From Nitrospirota bacterium (lineage in GTDB: Bacteria > Nitrospirota > UBA9217), in assembly GCA_029858565.1 (NCBI GenBank), contig JAOUEV010000029.1, forward strand, positions 1 to 42,506: a DNA stretch of 42,506 nucleotides. The letters run 5' to 3'. A model generated the notes under the pieces. That model was not told where the DNA came from. It saw only the letters and a program-made list of their open reading frames with translations, and ran no database searches. This document shows, one piece after another, positions 8,852 to 18,304 of the stretch (position 1 is its first letter; every line of letters begins with the position of its first letter). A program made the translations under genes and the position numbers.

Positions 8852-10171
8852 ATGAGAGAACCGCTGCAAAACGCTTTTCGTAGTTTGCTCATGGTCTGCT
8901 GCCTGCTGTCGCTGTCAACAGGTCAGGTCGTGGCTGGAGATTCGCCGCCCGATAAGGCAGGCGACCGGTGGCTCACCACGAATGTCAGGGCGCTTCTGTA
9001 CGGCGGGATGCAGGATCCGGCGGATTCGTCCCAGAATCCGGATAACGCGCTTCTTCGCATACCGCGATATGATGCGACGGCCGCGTTCCGTCCGGACTTT
9101 CTTGCCGAAACATCATGGGTGAACGGGGTGTTCAAGCCGCGCGTGACCGCGACGGAAACCTGGCGGCGCGACGGCGCTCCCGCGGGGACCCGTGACCGCG
9201 AGGCGCGGCTCTTTGTGAACGAGTGGGTGGTCCAGCCGAGAGTGCATGACAAGCTGGTGCTCTCCTTTGGCAAGGAGAAGCTGCTCTGGGGCCCGTCGTT
9301 CCTGGTCAGTCCGTCGAACCTGCTGTTCCGGGACAGGGAAAAGGCGAATCCCAAGGCCGAGGTCGAGGGAAAGTATCTCGGCCGGCTGGTCTGGATGCCG
9401 AATCCGGCGGTCACGATCAGCGGAATCAGCGAGACGCAGAAACAGGAGAACCTGCTGCAGGAGCAGGAGAAACCCTTCCGGGTCCTCAAGTTTGATGTAA
9501 TGGGCGGAAATTACTCTGTCACGGCAATCGGCTATCTTCGCCAGGATGACCGGTTCCGGGTGGGAAGCTTTGGTCAGTGGACCGCGTCGGACGCACTGCT
9601 TCTTTATTACGATGGGATCGTGACCAGGGGCACGGACGCGTTCTACCCGGTGCAGGACCCGGCTCAGCCGCTGGGCGGGGATTTCCTGAAGCTGTACGAC
9701 CACTCAGCCCGGCTGTTCACCACGGTCACTGCCGGCGGGAGCTGCACTTTTCTGTCCGGCGAGACCGTCAGCATGGAGTTCCTGTATAACGGCGCGGGCT
9801 ACGGCGATGCCGATGCAGCGGCGTTCTATCAACTTCGCGGGACCGCGTCGGATCATTTCTTTGACAGCAGTGCTATCGCCGGCCTGTCCCAACGAACACT
9901 CGGCCAGGCGCTCGCCGCGGGCAGCCCCTTCCTGCGAAGGCGCTATCTCATGGCTCAGGTCAACAGCGGGGAGATTCGGAACTCGCTCACCGTGCTTCTG
10001 CGCTATGTCCGGGGCCTGGAGGAACGGAACGGACAGGCGTCGTCGATCCTCGAATGGACGCTTTCGGAGCGGCTCCAGCTGTTCAACATCACGACGGTGG
10101 CGGCGGGGCAGGGCGAGTTCCGGGCGCTCGTCGACCGGAGCTCGGTCCTCGGTCTTGAAGCGCATTGGTAG
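8852..10171 (+). CDS. Probable outer-membrane beta-barrel protein of the ABC/LolA-like operon
   Basis: Signal peptide, amphipathic strands, SFGKEKLLWGPSFLVSPSN motif and C-terminal aromatic residue (LGLEAHW). Start uncertain (8831, 8852 or 8891). Confidence 0.7.
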   Translation: MREPLQNAFRSLLMVCCLLSLSTGQVVAGDSPPDKAGDRWLTTNVRALLYGGMQDPADSSQNPDNALLRIPRYDATAAFRPDFLAETSWVNGVFKPRVTATETWRRDGAPAGTRDREARLFVNEWVVQPRVHDKLVLSFGKEKLLWGPSFLVSPSNLLFRDREKANPKAEVEGKYLGRLVWMPNPAVTISGISETQKQENLLQEQEKPFRVLKFDVMGGNYSVTAIGYLRQDDRFRVGSFGQWTASDALLLYYDGIVTRGTDAFYPVQDPAQPLGGDFLKLYDHSARLFTTVTAGGSCTFLSGETVSMEFLYNGAGYGDADAAAFYQLRGTASDHFFDSSAIAGLSQRTLGQALAAGSPFLRRRYLMAQVNSGEIRNSLTVLLRYVRGLEERNGQASSILEWTLSERLQLFNITTVAAGQGEFRALVDRSSVLGLEAHW

Positions 10172-10238
10172 TCCGTCTTTCCTGCAGCAGGTTCCCGGCA
10201 GATACTGCTGCGTCCGCCAAAATGCCGCCAAAATATTC

Positions 10239-10267
10239 TTGACGCCATCCCCGGAATCTGCCATAGT
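10239..10267 (+). promoter_or_regulatory. Sigma70-type promoter
   Basis: TTGACG-17 nt-CATAGT with an extended -10 TG, upstream of the kinase at 10309. Confidence 0.5.
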
Positions 10268-10308
10268 AGGCCACTTACCCTTTCGTCGCAGAAGGGAGAA
10301 GTCCTGCC

Positions 10309-11574
10309 ATGCTGGAAACATACACACAAAAGCTCCGTCTTCGTTTTCCCGGGGAACTGGAGGAACGGTTCCGCGAGGATTACTACGAGAAGTCGCTGAA
10401 CTCGCTCCGGGTCAGCCTGGTGCTCGGCGCGGTCATCTACGGCCTCTTTGGCGTTCTGGATACCTGGATCTTTCCGGATACGCGGGAAACGGTCTGGATC
10501 ATCCGGTACGGCGTCGCCTGCCCGGCCATTGCAGCCTGCTTCCTGTTCACCTACACCCGTGCGTTCAAGAGCCTCATGCAGCCGGTCATATTTGCGACCG
10601 TGTTGATCGGAGGCGGCTGCGTCATCGCCATGATGATCGTGGTGGGGTCGCCGATCAATTATTTCCACAACGCCGGTCTGCTGCTGGTGCTGATGTATGT
10701 TTTCACCTTCAGCAAGCTGCGCTTCCTGTACACGGCCATTGCCTCGTGGCTGATCGTGCTGCTCTACGAGGCCGCGGCGCTCCTGGTCATGCACACGCCG
10801 GCAGCGGCGCTCCTGAACGACAATTACCTGTTCATTTCCGCGAACCTCATCGGCATGTTCTCCCACTTTCACCGGGAACGGTACATGCGGCGGGATTTTC
10901 TGCATAACCGCACGATCCGGGAGATGGAGGAGAAGCGGCATATCCTGGAGCGGGAAAAGATCCTTCGGGACCTGCACGACGGCCTCGGCGGCATAACGAC
11001 CAACATCTGCCTGCTTGCCGAGATCGGGAAGAACGCGGCGCAGGAAGAGGACGTCAAAAGAATGCTCGAGACGATCTCGGATCTGTCGCGGGAAGGTCTC
11101 GCGGAGATCAAGGGCTTCATGCAGAGCCTGGACGCGCGGGAGATCACCTGGCCCGCCCTTGTGCCCGAGCTGCGGGTGAGCGGCCGGAACGTGGTGGAGT
11201 CGCACGGCATCGCGTTCACCATGAACGCGAAGATCGACGGCGCGCACGGCCAGCCTCCCAGCCTGCTCTGGCTGAACGTGCACCGGGTGTACAAGGAAGC
11301 GCTGACCAATGTGGTGAAGCATTCCCGGGGAAAGAACGTGGAGGTCGATCTGGTCGTGGACCGGCACAGGTTCCTGTTGTCGGTGCGCGACGACGGCAAC
11401 GGGGTCCCCGCGGATAGTACGGGCGGCAGGGGGCTGTCGAACATGCGGAAGCGGGCCGATGAGATCGGCGGGGCTGTGACGATCAGGTCTGATAATGGCA
11501 CGGTGGTGCGGCTGGAAGTCCCGCTGCGCGACCGCCCGGGAACGAGCGTGCCGGGGACCGCGGCAACCGCCTGA
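10309..11574 (+). CDS. Membrane sensor histidine kinase (HisKA_3/NarX-like) with multi-TM input domain
   Basis: EREKILRDLHDGLG (H box), KEALTNVVKHS (N box), DDGNG and GRGLSNMRKRA. About 6 N-terminal TM helices. Confidence 0.9.
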   Translation: MLETYTQKLRLRFPGELEERFREDYYEKSLNSLRVSLVLGAVIYGLFGVLDTWIFPDTRETVWIIRYGVACPAIAACFLFTYTRAFKSLMQPVIFATVLIGGGCVIAMMIVVGSPINYFHNAGLLLVLMYVFTFSKLRFLYTAIASWLIVLLYEAAALLVMHTPAAALLNDNYLFISANLIGMFSHFHRERYMRRDFLHNRTIREMEEKRHILEREKILRDLHDGLGGITTNICLLAEIGKNAAQEEDVKRMLETISDLSREGLAEIKGFMQSLDAREITWPALVPELRVSGRNVVESHGIAFTMNAKIDGAHGQPPSLLWLNVHRVYKEALTNVVKHSRGKNVEVDLVVDRHRFLLSVRDDGNGVPADSTGGRGLSNMRKRADEIGGAVTIRSDNGTVVRLEVPLRDRPGTSVPGTAATA

Positions 11575-11598
11575 GGCCGTCCGGTCAACGCCTTGGGA

Positions 11599-12210
11599 TC
11601 ACTTGATCATCCTGTCCCCGGCAAGCTGCGAGACGATCGCGGCAGCGAACGGAGCGATCTGCTTGAAAGGGTCGTTCTGGTATTTTGTCCTGGACAGGAC
11701 CGACCATACCGGCTTGTCCGATCCCACCCGATAGAGCATCGTTCTCATGACCGCGGTCGTGAACTCGTAGGAGACCTCGGGCGTTATCGTGTCGGGCGTC
11801 GCGGCGCGGGCGTTTTCCCAGGTCTCGTCGAAATCCGGCTGAGCGCCGTACAGGCGTTCCGGCGTGTGGGTATCTCCGCTCTCCCTTCCCAGGAACCGCA
11901 GCACGAGAACGCCATCGCATCCCAGTTCCGTCACTTTGGCAGAAACTTCATCGCGCGTCGGCAGCGCTTCCCCGGGGAACACCGAAGTGCTCGCTGTTGC
12001 CCTGAGGCCGCGCGACCGCAGTTCCTTTGCAAGCGCTTCCTCCATCAGGCCCCTGGGCCCGCGGTTCTTCAGCGTCCCGATCACGAATAGGCTCGCGGCC
12101 GGGCCCTTGTCATAGCCCGCGTCCTTCCACCGGTCCATGACCTTTGTGGAAGAACAGGCTTGCAGAATGAGGATCATTGTCAGGACCGGGAACAGCTGCT
12201 TCGTTCTCAT
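11599..12210 (-). CDS. Uncharacterised lipoprotein (DUF4136-like)
   Basis: AGGAGG SD, MRTKQLFPVLTMILILQAC lipobox, an alpha/beta body (LGCDGVLV) and a C-terminal PVWSVLSRT. Confidence 0.7.
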   Translation of the reverse strand: MRTKQLFPVLTMILILQACSSTKVMDRWKDAGYDKGPAASLFVIGTLKNRGPRGLMEEALAKELRSRGLRATASTSVFPGEALPTRDEVSAKVTELGCDGVLVLRFLGRESGDTHTPERLYGAQPDFDETWENARAATPDTITPEVSYEFTTAVMRTMLYRVGSDKPVWSVLSRTKYQNDPFKQIAPFAAAIVSQLAGDRMIK

Positions 12211-12446
12211 GGGGGGCCTCCTGGGGCGGACCGGATACCGGGAGACCGTTGTCCGCACCTGTTGAAAGTATAGCCAAGAAAGCGCCTGGCTGACGGGCGA
12301 TCTTTGGATACTTTTCGTTTGATTTTGGCCTACGCCGATGCTAATATACGTTCTGCTTTTCTGGAAAAAGCGCTTGTGAAACAAGGCACTTAGGCCCTCC
12401 TCACCAGCCCGATAAAAACACGAAAACCGAGGCATCAAAGACGTCT

Positions 12447-14918
12447 ATGAAACAGAGAATCATTGAGCTTGCCCGCATCTTTGGCACCACCATCGCCGCG
12501 TTCTGGCGCGACCGAGCGCTTCCCTGGCTCAAGTCCATGACCTTTCAGAAGGCGCTGGCCCTTGCGCTTATCGCGTTCCTGTCCGGCGTTCTGCTGGTCT
12601 CGCTGCTCTTCCTGGTGCTGTCCATCAACCTGCCGACCGTTGAGTCGCTCAAGGACTACAAGCCGTCGCCGGGCACGACGATCTATGCCGAGGACGGCCG
12701 CGTTCTGGGACAGGTACGGATCGAGAAGGGCGTTTACGTGCCGCTGGCGAAGATCCCGAAGCACATGATCAACGCGCTGCTCGCGACCGAGGACCCGCGG
12801 TTCTACCAGCATCACGGGTTGGACTACCGGGGCATCATGCGCGCGGCGCTCAAGAACATCATCCGTTTCCGCGTGAGCCAGGGCGGCAGCACGATCACCC
12901 AGCAGCTGACCAAGGTGGTGTTCCTGTCCCCGGAGCGCACATTGACGCGCAAGATCCGCGAGGTGATCCTGGCCCGGCGCCTGGAGCGGGAGATCTCCAA
13001 GGACGAGATCCTGGAGCTCTATCTCAACAAGGTCTATTTCGGTCACGGAGCCTACGGTGTGCAGATGGCCTCAAAGACCTACTTCGGCAAGAACTGCTGG
13101 GAGCTGAACCAGGCCGAGACCGCGCTCCTGGCCGGGCTGCCGCAGTCTCCCATGGGCTACTCGCCCTACGGCGATATCGACCTGACCAAGCTCCGGCAGC
13201 GGCATGTGCTCAAGCGCATGGTGGACGAGGGATTCCTGAACGAACAGCAGGCCGACCAGATCTTCAACCAGCCGCTGGCGCTCGAGAACCTGCGGACCGC
13301 CGAGGACGTGGCGCCCCACGTGGTGGACCACATCCGGAAATACATCCTCGCGAAATACGGGGAGGAGAAGCTCTTTCAGGGCGGGATGAAGGTATACACG
13401 TCCATTGATTTCGAGCTTCAGCGCGCCGCGATGAATTCCCTCAAGGACGGCCTGCGGGCGCTGGACAAACGTCAGGGATTCCGCGGCAGGATCGGGCATA
13501 AGGACGTGAAGCCCAAGGAGCTGGAGCCCGGGATGCTGCGTGTGCTGGTCAAGCCCGGCGAGGTGTTCAATGCCCATGTGCTGTCCGTGGGCGAGCACTA
13601 CCTCGCGGTCAAGGGCCGGGGCATGATGGGATATGTCATGAAGGACGACATGGCCTGGGCCCTGCTCAAGCCCAAGAAGAACAAGGACGCTCCCGACGAG
13701 TTCAAGCTCCCGTCGGAGATCGCGGAGGCCGGGGACATCATCAAGGTCCGGTTGAAGGACTTTGACAGGAAGAAGCAGATCGCATCGTTCAGCCTGGAGC
13801 AGACCCCGCTGGTCGAGGGCGCTGTGGTGACGCTCGAGCCCTATACCGGCTATGTCCGCGCCATGGTCGGCGGCTACGATTTCGTTGAGGGCGGGTTCAA
13901 CCATGCCACGGACGCCAAGCGCCAGCCCGGTTCGTCGTTCAAACCCTTCATCTACGGCGCAGCGCTGGAGATGAAGGACAAGGACCAGTACAAGTACACG
14001 CCGGCCACGATCCTTTACGACCTGCCGGTGATCCATGAGAAGACCGAACAGGACCAGAAAGGGTGGAAGCCCGAGAACTACGACGAGCGGTTCCTGGGGC
14101 CCATGCGCATGCGCACGGCGCTGGCGCTGTCCCGGAATGCCGTGACCGTGCGGCTGCTTGAGGACATCGGACTCAGCCGGGCCGTCGATTTCGCGCGCAA
14201 AGCGGGGATCACCAGCCCGATCAACGAGGACTATACCTCAGCGCTCGGGTCGTCGGCCGTGACGCCCATCGAGCTGACGTCCGCCTACGCCACCTTCGCG
14301 TCCCAGGGGATCCGCGCGGAACCGATCCTGATCAAGAGCATCGTGGACGCCAAGGGTGCTGTCCTGGAGGGGTATGATCCCAATCCCCAGCCCGCGCTGG
14401 ACCCGGTGACGGCCTACCTGGTGACAAGCCTGCTCAAGAGCGTGGTGGACGAGGGAACGGGCCGCGGGGCCAAGTGGCTGAACAAACCGCTGGCAGGCAA
14501 GACCGGCACCACGAACAATTACGTGGACGCCTGGTTCGTGGGATACAGCCCCAGCGTAGTGACCGGCGTCTGGGTGGGCTATGACAACGCTGCCGCGTCG
14601 CTCGGGGACCGGGAGACCGGCGCGCGCTCGGCGCTTCCCATATGGAACGGCGTGATGGCAAAGGCGCTGGCGGACAAGCCTGAAGAGGATTTTATCGCGC
14701 CCGACGACATGGTGTTCACGAAGATCGATCCCGAGTCCGGACTGCTTGCCCAGGAGGGCGCGGCCGATGCGGTCCAGGACGTTTTCCGCAAAGGCACGGA
14801 ACCGACCCAGGTCGCCAAGGCCAAGGGCGGCCCCAAGGCCGGCCAGTTCTACATGCTCGACCAGGGCGAAGGGGATTTTTCTCTGGTCAAGAAGAAAGCG
14901 ATGGAAGCGGAAGACTAA
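12447..14918 (+). CDS. mrcA: Penicillin-binding protein 1A (transglycosylase/transpeptidase)
   Basis: EDPRFYQHHG, QGGSTITQQL, RKIRE, ILELYLN, QPGSSFKPF (SxxK), SRN and KTGTT. Confidence 0.95.
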   Translation: MKQRIIELARIFGTTIAAFWRDRALPWLKSMTFQKALALALIAFLSGVLLVSLLFLVLSINLPTVESLKDYKPSPGTTIYAEDGRVLGQVRIEKGVYVPLAKIPKHMINALLATEDPRFYQHHGLDYRGIMRAALKNIIRFRVSQGGSTITQQLTKVVFLSPERTLTRKIREVILARRLEREISKDEILELYLNKVYFGHGAYGVQMASKTYFGKNCWELNQAETALLAGLPQSPMGYSPYGDIDLTKLRQRHVLKRMVDEGFLNEQQADQIFNQPLALENLRTAEDVAPHVVDHIRKYILAKYGEEKLFQGGMKVYTSIDFELQRAAMNSLKDGLRALDKRQGFRGRIGHKDVKPKELEPGMLRVLVKPGEVFNAHVLSVGEHYLAVKGRGMMGYVMKDDMAWALLKPKKNKDAPDEFKLPSEIAEAGDIIKVRLKDFDRKKQIASFSLEQTPLVEGAVVTLEPYTGYVRAMVGGYDFVEGGFNHATDAKRQPGSSFKPFIYGAALEMKDKDQYKYTPATILYDLPVIHEKTEQDQKGWKPENYDERFLGPMRMRTALALSRNAVTVRLLEDIGLSRAVDFARKAGITSPINEDYTSALGSSAVTPIELTSAYATFASQGIRAEPILIKSIVDAKGAVLEGYDPNPQPALDPVTAYLVTSLLKSVVDEGTGRGAKWLNKPLAGKTGTTNNYVDAWFVGYSPSVVTGVWVGYDNAAASLGDRETGARSALPIWNGVMAKALADKPEEDFIAPDDMVFTKIDPESGLLAQEGAADAVQDVFRKGTEPTQVAKAKGGPKAGQFYMLDQGEGDFSLVKKKAMEAED

Positions 14919-14919
14919 A

Positions 14920-17709
14920 ATGGACTATAAAACAACGCTGAACCTGCCGAAAACAGACTTCCCCATGAAGGCGAATCTCAAGGACCTGGAGCCGAAGTCG
15001 CTCGGCCGGTGGCAGGACCAGAAGATCTACGCCAGGATCCAGGAACGGAACGCGGGCAAGAAAGCCTATATCCTGCACGACGGCCCGCCCTATGCCAACG
15101 GCCACATCCATCTGGGCCACGCGCTGAACAAGATCCTCAAGGACATCATCGTGAAGTACAAGTCCCTGCAGGGCTTCTCCGCGCCCTATGTGCCCGGCTG
15201 GGACTGCCACGGCCTTCCCATCGAACATCAGGTGCTGAAGAACCTCGGTCCCAAGAAGGACACGATGAGCAAGGCCGAGATCCGGAAGCTCTGCCGCGAG
15301 TATGCCGAGAAGTTCATCAATATCCAGCGCGACGAGTTCAAGCGGCTCGGCGTGTTCGGCGACTGGGAGAACCCCTACCTCACCATGAACTACGCCTACG
15401 AGGCGGCGATCGTTCGCGAGCTCGGCAAGTTCGTGGGCACGGGCGGCGTGTACAAGGGCAAGAAGCCGGTCTACTGGTGCGGCTCCTGCGAGACCGCCCT
15501 TGCCGAGGCCGAGGTGGAGTACGGGGACCATGAGTCGCCGTCCATCTCCGTGAAGTTCGCTCTGCCTGACGCGGCCAGGGCGCTGCCTTCTCTCGCAGGC
15601 AAGGATGTTTCGGTCGTGATCTGGACCACCACGCCCTGGACCCTGGTGTCCAACCTCGCTGTCGCGCTCCATCCGGACCTTGATTACGTTGCCATCGAGG
15701 ACAAGGCGACATCAGCGGTCCTGATCGTTGCCGAGGCGCTCCTTGCCCAGTCGCTCCAGAAGTTCGGGATCAAGGACCATAGCGTGCTCGACAAGTTCAA
15801 GGGCAGAAAGCTCGATGGACTGAAGGCGCGCCATCCCTTCATCGACCGCGAGTCCCTGGTGATCCTTGGGGAGCACGTGACGCTCGAAGCAGGCACCGGC
15901 GCGGTGCACACCGCACCGGGCCATGGCCAGGAAGACTATGAGGCCGGGCTCAAGTACGGTCTTGAAGTGTACGCGCCGGTGGACCATAAGGCGCGGTTCA
16001 CGAAAGAGGCGGGCGTGTTCGTGGGCGAGCACGTGCACAAGGCCAACAAGGGCGTGATCGCTCTTCTGAAGGACAAGAACGTCCTGCTGTCCGATGAGAA
16101 GCTGTCGCACTCCTATCCGCACTGCTGGCGGTGCAAGAACCCGGTGATCTTCCGGGCGACCGAGCAGTGGTTCATCTCCATGAAGACCAATGACCTGCTC
16201 AAGAAGGTCGTCGAGGCCGCGGACAAGGTCACCTGGGTGCCCGGCTGGGGCAAGGACCGTTTCATGTCCATGGTCCAGGACCGGCCGGACTGGTGCATCT
16301 CACGCCAGCGGGCCTGGGGCGTTTCGATCACCGCCTTCACGTGCAAGGACTGCGGCAAGCTGCTTTTGGACAAGGCGATCGTTGATCATGTGGCCGACAT
16401 CGTTGCCAAGGAAGGCGCCGATGTCTGGTTCACCAAAGAGGTTTCGGAACTGCTGCCGCAGGGCACGAAGTGTCCCAAGTGCGGCAAGAGCGATTTCGAG
16501 AAGGAAATGGACATCCTCGATGTGTGGTTCGACTCGGGAGTGAGCCAGGCCGCGGTGCTGAGGGAACGCAAGGAGCTTTCCTGGCCCGCGGACATGTATC
16601 TCGAAGGCAGCGACCAGCACCGCGGATGGTTCCAGTCGTCCCTTCTTGCTTCGGTCGGCACCACCGGCAAGGCGCCCTACGGGACCGTGCTGACCCATGG
16701 CTTTACCGTGGACGGCCAGGGAAAGAAGATGAGCAAATCCGCGGGCACCGGCGTGGCGCCCCAGGAGATCATCGACCAATACGGAGCGGAAGTGCTCCGG
16801 CTCTGGGTGTCGGCCGCGGACTATCGCGACGATATGCGCATCTCCAAGGAGATCCTGACGCAGCTGGCGGAAGCCTACCGCAGGATCAGGAACACGAACC
16901 GCTACCTGCTCGGCAACCTCTCGGATTTCGACCCGTCAAAGGATGCGGTTTCCTACGATAAGATGCTCGAGATCGACCGCTGGGCCCTGCACAAGCTCCA
17001 GAAGCTGATCCAGCGGGTGACCAAGGCCTACGACGATTTCGAGTTCCATGCGGTATTCCATTCGCTGCACAATTTCTGCGCCGTGGACCTGAGCGCCTTC
17101 TATCTCGATATCCTGAAGGACCGGCTCTACACGGCCAAGGCAACGTCGCAGGAGCGGCGGTCCGGCCAGACGGCGATGTACGAGATCCTGTCTTCCCTTG
17201 TGCGGCTCATGGCGCCGGTGCTGTCGTTCACCGCCGACGAGGTCTGGGCATACCTGCAGGCAGAGGGAAAAGCGCCCAGCGTTTTCCTGGAGGACTTCCC
17301 GAAAGCGGACCCGAAAAAGACCGACGACGGGCTCGAAAGCAGATGGGACAGGATCATGCAGGTCCGCGGCGAGGTGGCCAAGGTGCTCGAAGGCCTGCGC
17401 AAGGACAAGAAGATCGGCCACTCCCTGGACGCACAGGTCACCCTGCATTGTTCCCCGGACCTGCAGGATTTCCTGAAGCAGTACGAGAAGGACCTTGCGT
17501 TCATTTTCATCGTGTCCCAGGTTTCCGTTGCCGGCGAGCAGGGCGCCGCGGCCGACGCCTATGCCAGCGATATCGTCAAGGGCCTCAAGGTAGCGGCAGG
17601 CGCGGCAAAAGGCCAGAAATGCGGGCGCTGCTGGATGTACCAGGAAAGCGTGGGCACCGTTGCCGACCACCCGGCGATCTGCGGAAGATGCGCGGGAAAC
17701 CTGCCGTAA
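14920..17709 (+). CDS. ileS: Isoleucine--tRNA ligase
   Basis: MDYKTTLNLPKTDFPMKA, HDGPPYANGHIHLGH (HIGH), WTTTPWT, WCISRQR, KMSKS and a C-terminal Zn finger CGRCW...CGRC. Confidence 0.98.
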   Translation: MDYKTTLNLPKTDFPMKANLKDLEPKSLGRWQDQKIYARIQERNAGKKAYILHDGPPYANGHIHLGHALNKILKDIIVKYKSLQGFSAPYVPGWDCHGLPIEHQVLKNLGPKKDTMSKAEIRKLCREYAEKFINIQRDEFKRLGVFGDWENPYLTMNYAYEAAIVRELGKFVGTGGVYKGKKPVYWCGSCETALAEAEVEYGDHESPSISVKFALPDAARALPSLAGKDVSVVIWTTTPWTLVSNLAVALHPDLDYVAIEDKATSAVLIVAEALLAQSLQKFGIKDHSVLDKFKGRKLDGLKARHPFIDRESLVILGEHVTLEAGTGAVHTAPGHGQEDYEAGLKYGLEVYAPVDHKARFTKEAGVFVGEHVHKANKGVIALLKDKNVLLSDEKLSHSYPHCWRCKNPVIFRATEQWFISMKTNDLLKKVVEAADKVTWVPGWGKDRFMSMVQDRPDWCISRQRAWGVSITAFTCKDCGKLLLDKAIVDHVADIVAKEGADVWFTKEVSELLPQGTKCPKCGKSDFEKEMDILDVWFDSGVSQAAVLRERKELSWPADMYLEGSDQHRGWFQSSLLASVGTTGKAPYGTVLTHGFTVDGQGKKMSKSAGTGVAPQEIIDQYGAEVLRLWVSAADYRDDMRISKEILTQLAEAYRRIRNTNRYLLGNLSDFDPSKDAVSYDKMLEIDRWALHKLQKLIQRVTKAYDDFEFHAVFHSLHNFCAVDLSAFYLDILKDRLYTAKATSQERRSGQTAMYEILSSLVRLMAPVLSFTADEVWAYLQAEGKAPSVFLEDFPKADPKKTDDGLESRWDRIMQVRGEVAKVLEGLRKDKKIGHSLDAQVTLHCSPDLQDFLKQYEKDLAFIFIVSQVSVAGEQGAAADAYASDIVKGLKVAAGAAKGQKCGRCWMYQESVGTVADHPAICGRCAGNLP

Positions 17710-17732
17710 TGCGGAGTGCGGAATGGGGAATG
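17708..17732 (+). repeat. 7-bp degenerate tandem repeat at the ileS-lspA junction
   Basis: aatgcgg agtgcgg aatgggg aatg, the same family as 7926 and 8752. Confidence 0.65.
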
Positions 17733-17737
17733 ACCGT

Positions 17738-18226
17738 ATGAAGAACAAATACACCTGGGTCGGCGCCATAGCTGCCGTGGTCATCATCCTCGACCAATGG
17801 ACGAAATATCTCGTGGTGAAGCGGTTTGCCCTGTATGAGACCCTGGCGGTCATCCCCGGGTTCTTCAACCTGAGCTATGTGCGGAACAAGGGAGCGGCAT
17901 TCGGCATCCTCTCGGGCAGCCACGGCGCCTGGCGCAGCGTGTTCTTTGTCGCTGTGGCCGTCATCGCCCTGGCGGCGCTGGCGATGCTGGTCCGTAAATC
18001 CGAAGACCGCCTCTCGATCATCTCGTTTTCCCTGATCGGCGGCGGCGCTCTCGGGAACCTGATCGACCGCATACGCGTCGGCGAGGTAACGGATTTCATC
18101 GACTGGTACTACCGGTCCTATCACTGGCCGACCTTCAATATCGCCGATTCAGCCATCACCGTCGGCGTCGTGCTGCTTGCCGTGGAAATGCTTTTCCCGG
18201 GAAAAGAAACGGCACGTGAAACGTGA
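17738..18226 (+). CDS. lspA: Lipoprotein signal peptidase II
   Basis: DQWTK, NKGAAFG, GGALGNLIDR, VTDFI and WPTFNIADSAI. Follows ileS. Confidence 0.97.
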   Translation: MKNKYTWVGAIAAVVIILDQWTKYLVVKRFALYETLAVIPGFFNLSYVRNKGAAFGILSGSHGAWRSVFFVAVAVIALAALAMLVRKSEDRLSIISFSLIGGGALGNLIDRIRVGEVTDFIDWYYRSYHWPTFNIADSAITVGVVLLAVEMLFPGKETARET

Positions 18227-18288
18227 AAGGTGAGACGGACCTCTTGATACATCCGCCCTTTGCAGTGCTCACGTCTGACGTCTGAAGT
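18214..18288. repeat. Inverted pair of 7-bp tandem arrays at the lspA-lgt junction
   Basis: acgtgaa acgtgaa aggtgag (18214-18234) faces ctcacgt ctgacgt ctgaagt (18268-18288). Confidence 0.6.
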
Positions 18289-18304
18289 TTTTACGGAGAA
18301 CACC

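Noticed and set aside
14746-14919. N-terminal extension of IleRS given in the ORF track
   Set aside because: It overlaps mrcA, and the conserved IleRS start MDYKTTLNLP begins at 14920.
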